63,667 nucleotides of DNA, filler included, from Octopus bimaculoides (GCF_001194135.2; 7 parts of 7 records of this genome joined end to end with filler, not necessarily neighbours in it), one strand, 5' to 3'; counted from the first letter of the whole stretch, positions 12,828 to 25,107 are shown. Numbers and translations: made by a program. Notes: generated by a model from the sequence alone, not told the origin.

Positions 12828-12959
12828 TCTATAAAAATAACTAGTTAAATTATAGAATGTAATAATTTTGTACACTTTAACTGATTCAGCCAGGTAATTC
12901 ATGAAATACCTAGTTATTCCATGAAATAACTGAATTATATACTTTAATGGTAATACGCG

Positions 12960-12990
<31 letters not shown>
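12828..12990 (-). repeat. Dispersed repeat, inverted copy of 9036-9180
   Basis: Reverse-complement alignment to 9036-9180. Confidence 0.85.
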
Positions 12991-12998
<8 letters not shown>

Positions 12999-13004
12999 AC
13001 AGCT

Positions 13005-13170
13005 AAAATTTACAGAAAACAAAAGACGAAGACAGGTGAGGGATCAGCAAACAGGCGTATTAGTTTGACGCTTGGGAAGAATGGAAAAGTCTTTCACGTT
13101 TCGAAGCTACGCTCTTCAATAGTTGAGAGGGAAAAAATGGAGAGAGAACAGGGAGAAAAAAACGGAGAGA
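13005..13170 (-). mobile_element. Penelope-type pseudo-LTR relic with degenerate minimal hammerhead
   Basis: Similar to 62845-63000. Minus strand CTATTGA-A-GAG-CGTAG-CTTC-GAAAC-GTG at 13091-13122. Confidence 0.55.
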
Positions 13171-13212
13171 GGAAAATGTATAGGGATTGATGTAACGGTT
13201 CAACATGCCGAT

Positions 13213-13245
<33 letters not shown>

Positions 13246-13949
13246 CACATACATACATACACACACACACACATATATACATATATATATATATACACAT
13301 ATACATATATATATATATATATACATACATACATACATACATACATGCATACATACATATATATCATATATACAGTAATGCTTTGATATACAAGTTAATT
13401 TGTTCCCGTCACGTAAAGCAAGAACTCGTAAAGCAGAGCAATAATTTCCTAAAGTAGCAATGTTATAAATCGTAATATATTACCAGAAAAATATTTTATC
13501 TATAAAATTTATAATATCCGTAAATAAATGGCAATAAAACAACAATGGAATGTAAAGAATATTTTATGTAAAGTAAAAAGAATGTCAAGAAATTTTATAA
13601 TAAAAAATATTATAATAGTTTTCTGAATCCCTTTCATTCGCACTAGACTCGCACACACCATCATGTGTAGACACGATCGCGATTCACAAGCACTCGTAGA
13701 CCGACTTGTAGATTTCTTTTTAAAAAAACAAGTCTAGAGTTGTTTGCTTAGAAGTTTTTATTCCATCGCGATATGCAGCTATATAGATGCGTCAAAACCA
13801 GTGTTGCTACATGTTGCTACGTTGCCACACACACAAAATGACTGTAATCTTTTTATATTTATTGTAAAATAAAACTGTATAGGCAAATTAAAAATAAAAA
13901 CAAAAGCAGGAAATACGACAAAAGTCAAAGGGACGTACACAGTAAAAAA

Positions 13950-14045
13950 TTTAGATTGACGCCTGGAGAAAATTTAAGATGGAACAAGGAAGTGGGGGTG
14001 ACGTTTCGAGCAGGTCCCTTCGTCAGAAAGAGGAAAGAAAATAGA
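13950..14045 (-). mobile_element. Penelope-type pseudo-LTR relic with minimal hammerhead core
   Basis: Minus strand CTGACGA-A-GGG-ACCTG-CTC-GAAAC-GTC at 14000-14026; stem I does not pair. Confidence 0.55.
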
Positions 14046-16766
14046 TAAAGAGAGGGAGGAGAGAGGGAGGGAGAGATGGGGGAGGGAGAGGAGAGAGAAG
14101 GAGAGAGACAAAAAAGAGGATAGGGACAGGGACAAAGATAGAGAGAATGGGAAATAATGATAGTGAGAGATTTGGAGAAACACATGGCTAGAATAAAAGG
14201 TATAACCTTATTATAAAGACATGCCTCTGTAATTTTTATTCACTTTTTTGGTAGCGCCCCCGAAACTTTTGTTCAGTGTCCCCCAGATTGGTGAGAGGAC
14301 CGGAGGAAGTTGTCTTCAAATTACCTGGTCGAAATACTGAGAGAACTGCGTGAACTCCGCTAAAGGTACCCAAGGATCAGGTAGTGGTGTTAAACCTATC
14401 GAGGGACCCAGTCTTCTCACGAAGAACTGAGGACATTGAACCAGAACACATACTACGACGTTTATTATATCATTCTAGAGAGGTTTTACTTTATTTATTG
14501 TCCCCAGAAGATGAAATGCAAAGTTGGCCTCAGCAGGATTCGAATTCAGTGCAAAGAGCTTGAACAAATATCACAAAGTATTTTATTTTGTCCTATGTTC
14601 TAACGATCCTGTAAATTCATTGTCATGGAGTTGAACTGATGAATATTGTTTTATTGCAGTTGTTACTGTTGTGGTGTTTGTGGTGGTGATGTTGTTGCTT
14701 AGCTCTTCCACTCCGGAAGTGGCAATTCCATCTTCTTTCCTGACGGGCCATTCCACAGTTTGTTGCTGACCGATCCTCAGACACGTATTCTTTTTCCTTC
14801 TCCAACCAACAGTATTTACAATATTTATCTACACCTACAAAGCAGTCATAAATTAGGCTGTCATCGTAATGACTAGCTTCATTTGCATATTTGTGCTTTT
14901 TTCGGTTCGATATTAATTAAGCGATATATATTTTATATACAACACTGTGAGAATCAAATAAATTTAAATATTAGAAAACCTAACTGTGAAACCTAAAACT
15001 TTAAATACATTTCTTCTATGCATTTGATGTACAGAAAAAGAATTGGGTGTCTCCGGGTACGTCTTCTCTTTAATCTTTGAACTTTTAAAAAATTTTCCGT
15101 GCCTCTTTGTTCACGGGTCTGTTCGTTCAGAGCTGATCTTGATTCATGCAACAACGGCACCTTTCAACATACGCAGCTTTTTCCTTCAACATACCTCTCT
15201 CTTTTTCTCACTCTCTCTTTCTGTCTTCTGATCGCGACCATGCTATGGCACCAACTTGAAGAGAATAGTTGGTCAAACTAATTTTGATACTTATTTGATT
15301 GATGTCTTTTTGTCGAATTGCTACGTTACTGGAACGTGAACAAACCGACACCGATTGTCAAGCAGTGAGAGATAAACACAAACACGCGTATATCACGGGC
15401 TTCTGCAAAGTTACCGTCTACCACACACAACACACCTCATCACAACGCATCCAACACACCTCTCTCTCTTTACAAGCCTTCGTTTTTTTACTGAATCAAT
15501 CTGTCGTGGCAGCCGATAATGAGCGAATTATAAACGTACATGTTACGACCGTTGCTGTCATCTATACTGTAATGAAGAAAGCTGCTTATTAATTAGTTGA
15601 AATTATATAACTTTTACTAAAAGAAGGCAATTAATAAAATCTACAAAGTCTAGAAAAGTTGTTTTTTAATTCTAATTTTAATATATTTTTATTATAAATG
15701 CGATTTTCAAGATTCTTTTATTAATGATGATTTTATCTGCAGAAAACTAATTTTAATTCACTGCGTGATAGCNNNNNNNNNNNNNNNNNNNNNNNNNNNN
15801 NNNNNNNNNNNNNNNNNNNNNNNNNNNNNNNNNNNNNNNNNNNNNNNNNNNNNNNNNNNNNNNNNNNNNNNNNNNNNNNNNNNNNNNNNNNNNNNNNNNN
15901 NNNNNNNNNNNNNNNNNNNNNNNNNNNNNNNNNNNNNNNNNNNNNNNNNNNNNNNNNNNNNNNNNNNNNNNNNNNNNNNNNNNNNNNNNNNNNNNNNNNN
16001 NNNNNNNNNNNNNNNNNNNNNNNNNNNNNNNNNNNNNNNNNNNNNNNNNNNNNNNNNNNNNNNNNNNNNNNNNNNNNNNNNNNNNNNNNNNNNNNNNNNN
16101 NNNNNNNNNNNNNNNNNNNNNNNNNNNNNNNNNNNNNNNNNNNNNNNNNNNNNNNNNNNNNNNNNNNNNNNNNNNNNNNNNNNNNNNNNNNNNNNNNNNN
16201 NNNNNNNNNNNNNNNNNNNNNNNNNNNNNNNNNNNNNNNNNNNNNNNNNNNNNNNNNNNNNNNNNNNNNNNNNNNNNNNNNNNNNNNNNNNNNNNNNNNN
16301 NNNNNNNNNNNNNNNNNNNNNNNNNNNNNNNNNNNNNNNNNNNNNNNNNNNNNNNNNNNNNNNNNNNNNNNNNNNNNNNNNNNNNNNNNNNNNNNNNNNN
16401 NNNNNNNNNNNNNNNNNNNNNNNNNNNNNNNNNNNNNNNNNNNNNNNNNNNNNNNNNNNNNNNNNNNNNNNNNNNNNNNNNNNNNNNNNNNNNNNNNNNN
16501 NNNNNNNNNNNNNNNNNNNNNNNNNNNNNNNNNNNNNNNNNNNNNNNNNNNNNNNNNNNNNNNNNNNNNNNNNNNNNNNNNNNNNNNNNNNNNNNNNNNN
16601 NNNNNNNNNNNNNNNNNNNNNNNNNNNNNNNNNNNNNNNNNNNNNNNNNNNNNNNNNNNNNNNNNNNNNNNNNNNNNNNNNNNNNNNNNNNNNNNNNNNN
16701 NNNNNNNNNNNNNNNNNNNNNNNNNNNNNNNNNNNNNNNNNNNNNNNNNNNNNNNNNNNNNNNNNN

Positions 16767-16767
<1 letters not shown>

Positions 16768-16813
<46 letters not shown>

Positions 16814-16819
16814 CAGACA

Positions 16820-16850
<31 letters not shown>
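16768..16850. repeat. (ATAG)n/(ACAT)n microsatellite
   Basis: Direct reading. Confidence 0.95.
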
Positions 16851-16855
16851 GTAAA

Positions 16856-17013
16856 GCAGGCTTCTTTCAGTTTCTACCTACCAAATCCACTCACAAGGCT
16901 TTGGTCAGCTCGAGGTTACAGTAGAAGACACTTTCCCAAGGTGTCACGCAATGGGATTGAACCCGAAATCCTGTGGTTGGAACGCAAGCTTTTTACCACC
17001 CAGCCCGCCTGCG
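16856..17013 (-). mobile_element. tRNA-derived SINE family B (CORE-like), 5' half
   Basis: Reverse complement aligns to the head of 43356-43768 (B-box GGTTCAATCC, CCTTGGGAAAGTGTCTTCT). Confidence 0.8.
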
Positions 17014-17642
17014 TTTATTATGTTGAAAAAGAAAACTTTTAAGGGCTTTTCTACCCTTTTCCTTCTGGAATTTGTTAAATGAATATTTTTTAATAAAATG
17101 AAAGCTTCCAAAGATACCAGTCTAATTTGAAAAGTAAAACTATCAGCGGTAAATTTGTTGGTATGACTGGTTAGTATGCTATAGACTTTAAAAGATACCC
17201 GCGTGATCCCTACTATTTTTAGCACATTAACAGACATGTAGAGGATGGGCTGCTTTGAGCTTGTTTAAAAGAGAGGTTAACATAGCTTAATTAAGTCAAT
17301 TAAATTCTAACGCTACCTTTTAGTGCTTCCTATTATTCTAAATTTATTCACTGAAGGAGTGAGTACTATTAGACGAATGAAGGTTACAAATAAAAATCGG
17401 ACATAACAATAGAAGAATTACAGGAATGGGAATCAAATGTATAAATATCATCAAGTGGGCAATAGAAAACCCCCGGGAGGGCGGTCTTTCTGCTAGTTAC
17501 TAATGATGGCTACTGCTGATTTACTATGATTTTTGGCCTCTATTACGACTTAAGACCATCCCTACAAGATAACGAAACACCGGATATTTCTGCGCCTACT
17601 AATTATAACCACGTCAGACGATAGTGTGTAAACTAGGTTGGG

Positions 17643-17910
17643 TTTTTTTTTTTTTTTTTTTTTTTTAGAGATACAACAGCAAAAACGAAAAAGACTTGTC
17701 AGTCTGTATCATGGACAAACAGAAAAGGCGTTGCCTTGAAGGAGGGCGAGCGAGACGCGCTGGAACGGTCACTCCGACTCACGGGGCTCGCACTTGCGGA
17801 TAGTCATCTCTGTCCCGATAGTTGTGAGCAAGGATTTAGTCCGGGGGTCAAGAATGCTGGCAGTCTCCACTACCACAGGTTCGATCACAAATCTTTCATA
17901 AGTGAACTGG
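17643..17910 (-). mobile_element. CRE-like RLE non-LTR retrotransposon 3' end with poly(A) tail
   Basis: Minus frame YERFVIEPVVVETASILDPRTKSLLTTIG...EPRESE*PFQRVSLALLQGNAFSV resembles the CRE-clade RLE C-terminus. Stop at 17709-17711; 24-nt poly(A) at 17643-17666. Confidence 0.72.
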
Positions 17911-18459
17911 AATTCTATGTGGAAAGGCAATTAACATAAAGTGAAACTGCTACATTGTGTGTGTGTAGAGAGAGAGAAAGAGAGATTAGTTTAATATTCA
18001 TTTATAAGTGCAATGCAAGGACACGTCGTTTGTTTTACATGGCTAATATTTCGTCGTCTGTTTTACATGGCTAATGATTCAAATTTACGGCAAACGTATG
18101 ATGATTCATGTTTTATCATATGTCAGCTCTGATGGACCAGATCTGTGATCAAGGGCGTTACAGCTACGGTCAACCTATTTTTCTTTTCTTTCTTTTTTAC
18201 ACAGTAAAGCCTGATTTGAAACAAATTTACCAGCTTTTCTCAAGAAGGTCGAGCACTAACGCAAAGGTTTGTCTCACAACAAATCTCTTGCGTTTGAGCT
18301 GTTCAATAGACATAATTTCACTTTGTGTAAGTTCGACTTTTAGATAAATAAGTGGCATAATATCATTGAGGAATGTTATCTGTGAGAGATTAGCGGACTG
18401 TCAAGATGTATTTGTTTTCTTGAAACCACCAAAACAGAGAGAAACATAGTCTCCTAAAA

Positions 18460-18719
18460 CAGTGGCAGATGCAGGGGTGTTGCCCAGGCAACTAGGGCAA
18501 CACCCTTTCTAGTCGAGCTGACCCAAAAAAAAAATCGGGATCACGGTTTATTTTCAGTAGTTTCACAGCATTACTGTTTCATACGCTTACGGTCTGCTAC
18601 AACAAAGTTAAAATACATGAAATTGTCTCCAAATGTTACGAATTGTGATTCCCACCTTATATAGTATTTTTTTCGAAACCTTTGGGCAATACTCCCCACA
18701 AAAATCCTGGATCCCCCTG
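18460..18719. mobile_element. MITE (hAT- or Harbinger-like)
   Basis: Ends CAGTGGCAGATGCAGG / CCTGGATCCCCCTG form an imperfect TIR. Internal 11-bp hairpin GGGTGTTGCCC-N9-GGGCAACACCC (18475-18505); TAAAA on both sides. Confidence 0.55.
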
Positions 18720-19539
18720 TAAAAAACCTATCAGTACTTTCGAGACATTGAAATTCGTTGAAGTTTAAAGATAAGGTGGACTGAGCCAATGAGAAAAGAA
18801 TGACAAATTGTCAGCGATACACCTTAGCTAAAGCAACACGTTTTAATTTTATTGATAGAATATTAAAAAAATATATCAAGATATTTTTTTAATAGAAAAT
18901 AAGTAAAATGAATACAATGTCACGAAGCTGAAAACTATGTATTTAGTTTTGCTTCTGTTACATTTCAAGAACTGTTTAAAAAAAAAAGAATAAAAAATAT
19001 TTTTAAAGAACAGCAGGTATGAAGTGTCAGCCGAAGGATACGAGGAGTGAATTAGGCTGAATTCTGGATCGAGACCATAGCACGATAACTGCTCTCTAAG
19101 ACATAATCAACATTTATAAAATTAATAAAATACATGATATATTTTATTGTCGGGGAGAAAATCTGTGTGTGTGTGCGCGCGTGTGTGTGTATGTGTTACA
19201 CATATGTTTGTGTGTATTTGTGAAAGTGTATGCAGATGTAAAAGAGGTGTGTAAATGGTGTGTGTATGTGAGCATTATACAGCTACAGTAAATAAATTTA
19301 ATCCTTCATAAGCATTCAATGTGCTTTCATTTCCAAAACAGGGTGGCCCACTACGTACGAGATACACTACACTCAACATTGACCAGTTGGTTTCCTTATT
19401 GGTCCCTATCTCTTGTAAGATCAGTAATTCCATTAAGTCTAACAGTTTCGGGAGGTAGCTACTGCCAGGCTGCACTCAGCAACACCGTTAAAAACTGATG
19501 AAGTGGTGCTTCTACCCGTATACCTTGGGAGACGTGCTT

Positions 19540-19653
19540 CCAGGGTTAGGGTAGAAGACATACCCCCAGGGTTAGGGTAGAAGACATACTCCCAGGGTTA
19601 GGATAGAAGACCTAGTATGGTTAGGATAAGTTAGGATAGAAGACCTAGTATGG
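19540..19653 (+). repeat. 26-bp minisatellite containing TTAGGG
   Basis: CCAGGGTTAGGGTAGAAGACATACYC x2 plus a third variant unit and a partial duplicate. Confidence 0.85.
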
Positions 19654-20078
19654 TAGCTGCCATACTGCTAGGCATGAAGGAGAGGGTAGTGGTCATACAG
19701 GCCACCAGAACACCCCACAGGAACTGGCAAGGGCAGAGCCTAGACATGATAGTACAGGTGGCCCCAGAAGACATCGAAAACATGGTGGAGACCATCACGG
19801 TCGGAGAAGTGGTAGGAAGGATTCTGCGGTCTATAAATGTAGCCTGAAAGCCACATTTTTATTTCAGTATTTATTAAATATTCCTTGAATGTCTTTGCAT
19901 CATCCATTACGTTCGTTCAGTTTTACTCCTTTATTGTTTTCAGCCATAATGAAATATGTCTGAACTAATGTTTCCAACNNNNNNNNNNNNNNNNNNNNNN
20001 NNNNNNNNNNNNNNNNNNNNNNTTAATTAATTAANNNNNNNNNNNNNNNNNNNNNNNNNNNNNNNNNNNNNNNNNNNN

Positions 20079-20119
<41 letters not shown>

Positions 20120-20871
20120 ACGTGCGCATAGATCAAAAAATACACTTGTCAGAATTATGCTATTTCAGTTACCATTTATATTTTTGTGTATTTTTGAGTC
20201 ATTTCTCTTGTAATATGACAAAGAAACATAAATAGAAAGAATTAAGCTTGCATCACTAATAAATTCTATATAGCTTTGTTAGAATACAAGAAGTGGTGCT
20301 AGCGATGTATATCAAGTGGTGAATCACGTGATTTATTCAGTGCAAATCTGCATGATTAAAACAAAATGAGTGACAAAGTGTAAAATTTGTCCTTCTTGTC
20401 TCATTCTGTATATATATGCATACATATATTTATACATGTATACACAGAGACACAGATACACACATATGTATGTACGTGTGTATGTGTAAATATATATATA
20501 AACGTCATATTTAGAGTGATACGATATTCGTACTGAATGTTTTTATCTCGGTTTCTTATTGTTTTGTGCGAAGCAGAATTTTATCTTTTTATAACAACAG
20601 ATACTATAAATATAGTACTTTTCTGTTTGGTGAAGACATTGATGTTAAGTTTAGACTGGTGCATATATATGTTATGCCCTTGCTTCACCTTATGTACGCT
20701 CTTCATTTCATGTTTATGTTATAATCCATTGACGATTTACGCGAACTGCTCCACGAAAATACATTCCGTCAAATTTTCATCTCTCTCTGTGTCTCTGACT
20801 GTTTATCAATCTATCTATTTCGTTCACTCATTAAGTGTATATTTTTATACGCACGCACGCACACACACAGA

Positions 20872-20904
<33 letters not shown>

Positions 20905-21877
20905 ACACACACACACACACACTCACACACACGCTCAAACACAGACGCACATATGCGCACACACACATACATGTATATATGTATATAACTTTTACTGTTA
21001 NNNNNNNNNNNNNNNNNNNNNNNNNNNNNNNNNNNNNNNNNNNNNNNNNNNNNNNNNNNNNNNNNNNNNNNNNNNNNNNNNNNNNNNNNNNNNNNNNNNN
21101 NNNNNNNNNNNNNNNNNNNNNNNNNNNNNNNNNNNNNNNNNNNNNNNNNNNNNNNNNNNNNNNNNNNNNNNNNNNNNNNNNNNNNNNNNNNNNNNNNNNN
21201 NNNNNNNNNNNNNNNNNNNNNNNNNNNNNNNNNNNNNNNNNNNNNNNNNNNNNNNNNNNNNNNNNNNNNNNNNNNNNNNNNNNNNNNNNNNNNNNNNNNN
21301 NNNNNNNNNNNNNNNNNNNNNNNNNNNNNNNNNNNNNNNNNNNNNNNNNNNNNNNNNNNNNNNNNNNNNNNNNNNNNNNNNNNNNNNNNNNNNNNNNNNN
21401 NNNNNNNNNNNNNNNNNNNNNNNNNNNNNNNNNNNNNNNNNNNNNNNNNNNNNNNNNNNNNNNNNNNNNNNNNNNNNNNNNNNNNNNNNNNNNNNNNNNN
21501 NNNNNNNNNNNNNNNNNNNNNNNNNNNNNNNNNNNNNNNNNNNNNNNNNNNNNNNNNNNNNNNNNNNNNNNNNNNNNNNNNNNNNNNNNNNNNNNNNNNN
21601 NNNNNNNNNNNNNNNNNNNNNNNNNNNNNNNNNNNNNNNNNNNNNNNNNNNNNNNNNNNNNNNNNNNNNNNNNNNNNNNNNNNNNNNNNNNNNNNNNNNN
21701 NNNNNNNNNNNNNNNNNNNNNNNNNNNNNNNNNNNNNNNNNNNNNNNNNNNNNNNNNNNNNNNNNNNNNNNNNNNNNNNNNNNNNNNNNNNNNNNNNNNN
21801 NNNNNNNNNNNNNNNNNNNNNNNNNNNNNNNNNNNNNNNNNNNNNNNNNNNNNNNNNNNNNNNNNNNNNNATATATA

Positions 21878-22250
21878 GTAGCAGAGATACCCGGTGTTGC
21901 TAGTGTTACATGCAATTGAAGATTTAGACATTTCTGTTATATTTTCTCTAATAAACTGGAATACCTATGATTCGAATTTCATCAAACTTTCAGATGAGGG
22001 TTCTTTCCCGCTTTACACACCCTAAAAAATTCTAATCATGACGCATGTATCCCATACTACTGATTTTATGTGCAGATTCCAAAATTCTAGTCTTATGGAA
22101 CCTGTTAAAAGGATTTTGCTCCTGGAAAATGGAGGTCAAGGAGCTCTAAAATGTGGCAGTTAAGACCCATATTGGAGGTGGGTGACTTAATGTCAACCAG
22201 AGAAGTTGAATTGTTGAGAATCTTTTTAACTTGTGTCTTATATTCCATTC
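21878..22250 (-). mobile_element. Non-autonomous Helitron-like element, 3' terminus
   Basis: Minus strand ...CTAGCAACACCGGGTATCTCTGCTAC|T: a decayed GC hairpin about 10 nt before a CTAG-like end, as at Helitron 3' termini. Confidence 0.5.
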
Positions 22251-22684
22251 ACATCCCTCACATTCCATTCACATACCGCACATTCCATTCACATTCCATA
22301 CAAATTCCATTCACATTCCCCACCTTCCATTCACATTCCATCCACATTCCATCCACATTCCTCAAATGTGAATGGAATGTGAGGAATGTGAATGGAATTT
22401 GAATTGAATGTGAATGGAATGTGAATGGAATGTGGATGGAATGTGAATGGAATGTGAATGGAATGTGAATGGAATGTGAATGGGATGTGAATGGAATCAG
22501 AGGAATGTGAATGGAATGTGAATGGAATGTGGATGGAATGTGGATGGAATGTGAATGGAATGTGGATGGAATGTGAATGGAATGTGGATGGAATGTGGAT
22601 GGAATGTAAGGAATGTGAATTGAATGTGAATGGAATGTGAATGGAATGTGAATGGAATCAGAGGAATTTGAATGGAATGTGAAT
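22250..22684. repeat. 11-bp satellite (GAATGTGAATG)n in head-to-head orientation
   Basis: CATTCACATTC units at 22250-22362 switch to GAATGTGAATG units from ~22365 to the gap. Confidence 0.92.
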
Positions 22685-23436
22685 NNNNNNNNNNNNNNNN
22701 NNNNNNNNNNNNNNNNNNNNNNNNNNNNNNNNNNNNNNNNNNNNNNNNNNNNNNNNNNNNNNNNNNNNNNNNNNNNNNNNNNNNNNNNNNNNNNNNNNNN
22801 NNNNNNNNNNNNNNNNNNNNNNNNNNNNNNNNNNNNNNNNNNNNNNNNNNNNNNNNNNNNNNNNNNNNNNNNNNNNNNNNNNNNNNNNNNNNNNNNNNNN
22901 NNNNNNNNNNNNNNNNNNNNNNNNNNNNNNNNNNNNNNNNNNNNNNNNNNNNNNNNNNNNNNNNNNNNNNNNNNNNNNNNNNNNNNNNNNNNNNNNNNNN
23001 NNNNNNNNNNNNNNNNNNNNNNNNNNNNNNNNNNNNNNNNNNNNNNNNNNNNNNNNNNNNNNNNNNNNNNNNNNNNNNNNNNNNNNNNNNNNNNNNNNNN
23101 NNNNNNNNNNNNNNNNNNNNNNNNNNNNNNNNNNNNNNNNNNNNNNNNNNNNNNNNNNNNNNNNNNNNNNNNNNNNNNNNNNNNNNNNNNNNNNNNNNNN
23201 NNNNNNNNNNNNNNNNNNNNNNNNNNNNNNNNNNNNNNNNNNNNNNNNNNNNNNNNNNNNNNNNNNNNNNNNNNNNNNNNNNNNNNNNNNNNNNNNNNNN
23301 NNNNNNNNNNNNNNNNNNNNNNNNNNNNNNNNNNNNNNNNNNNNNNNNNNNNNNNNNNNNNNNNNNNNNNNNNNNNNNNNNNNNNNNNNNNNNNNNNNNN
23401 NNNNNNNNNNNNNNNNNNNNNNNNNNNNNNNNNNNG

Positions 23437-23699
23437 GCTCTATACCCCTTTTTTATTATTCTGACCAGGCTCCCGCGGTTTTATGGGTTTTTCCACGTGT
23501 AACCTTTCCTTTTTCGAAGCGCCTCCCTCTTTGGGAGTTCTGCTTATTTATTTATCTATTTATTTATCTATTTATTTATTATATCTTTCTCCGTTTTCTT
23601 CCTCTGTTTAGACGAACTTTCCTACCTTTTCGGACAAAACCTTTTGCAACCTTCGTCCTGTCTTTGTCCTTATATTAGCCCTTGTGGCCAATAAAACGA

Positions 23700-23763
<64 letters not shown>
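23437..23763 (+). mobile_element. LINE/SINE-like 3' end with (TTA)n tail
   Basis: Ends AGCCCTTGTGGCCAATAAAACGAA(TTA)n; the terminal motif is shared with SINE A at 61738-61760 and the relics at 28491-28600. Confidence 0.45.
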
Positions 23764-23765
<2 letters not shown>

Positions 23766-23767
23766 GT

Positions 23768-23995
23768 CAAGGTGGTCAGTTGGCAGAATTGTTAGCATGA
23801 CGGGCAAAATGCTTAGCGGCATTTCGTCCGCCTTTACGTTCGGAGTTCAAATTCTGCTGAGCTCTCCTCTGGTTTTCATCCTTTCGGGGTCGATAAAATA
23901 ATAACCAGCTGTCAAGTACTGCGGTCGATGTAATCGAGTTAGCCTCGCCTCTGAAATTGCTGGTCAATTGACAAAATTTGAAACAAATATTAAGA
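23768..23995 (+). mobile_element. tRNA-derived SINE family A
   Basis: Head GGTCAGTTGGCAGAATTGTTAGC, B-box GGAGTTCAAATTC, central TTTCATCCTTTCGGGGTCGATAAA. Confidence 0.8.
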
Positions 23996-25033
23996 AAGCT
24001 TTATAAATGAATTGACGACCTTACTAACACTGGGATCTGGTTAGGGACTTTCTGAATCATTGCAACATTTTCGTTTTCGTTTTTGTCTAATGAAATATCA
24101 GTGGACATATATAGACAGTCAAAGATGTCTATATACAAAGATATCTATATAAAGATGTCTATATATAGACAATCAAAGATGTCTATATACAACGGAACAA
24201 GAGCTAACTTGCATCGAATGGGAATATTGTGAAGCCCCTGAATGTCCAGTATGTTCAAGACACAGACGTTTTAGTGCTGCTCTGTGTGACTACCTCGATT
24301 CCAGGAGGTTATCGGACATTGCATGATGTTAGTGGAATCTCGATTGGATATGAACACGGAGTGTAGAAAGTCGGAACAAGTACCTTCTGTTGTTCTATAG
24401 AACGCTGCAATTATTCTGCCAACTTTCCATTTGCCAAACGCAAGTGTGCTTAAAGAACCGGAGGTTTGGCCTAAATGCTTAGAACATAGTTGACTTTGCT
24501 ATAGGCATCAATGACTGGGCGGAGTGTTTGAATTTTTAGTGAATGATGTAGTCAGTCTTAGGGCACATCAAAACATACTGTAACCGTATCAAAACAAAGA
24601 TGTTATATTTATTGTATCATAGGAACTGATGTAAATAATATCTTAACTGTTCCTCAAACCTCTGTGGCAACGAAAGGAGACAGTGAATAACGCAGTCTTA
24701 CATGCTCCAAAATAATCTCGGACGAGATGCTTTTAATCACAGCTTATATTAGATCAGGGATATCTTCTTGTAGCTAAAAACAGACATCATATATCAAAGA
24801 GTTGAGTTGGGTTGACTTGAGTACACTGTAACAGTCGGATCTCATTGTTTGTATTTGGTATTTCATATAAGTTTAGTTGAATATCTAATAAATTTCCTTT
24901 GCAACTTCGCGGTACTTTGAGAAAGTATTTTCATATATATTACCGAGTTGATCCGAGCCTTATATATTTTCTTCTTCAAGGTCGTATTTATCCGATTCAA
25001 ATAAAACGATTACATTATTAGCTGCACGCACAC

Positions 25034-25107
<74 letters not shown>

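Noticed and set aside
20023-20034. TTAATTAATTAA islands inside N runs (also 34332, 36555, 50015, 57879, 60538)
   Set aside because: Identical 12-mer centred in 100-bp gaps and giving stops in all six frames: a scaffolding spacer, not biology.
22250-22684. CRISPR-like or other spacer array among the tandem repeats
   Set aside because: Units are contiguous with no unique spacers, and the context is eukaryotic.
24230-24590. Possible RTE/L2 RT C-terminal relic on the minus strand
   Set aside because: Only a vague KRLCLEHTGH resemblance; too decayed to support.
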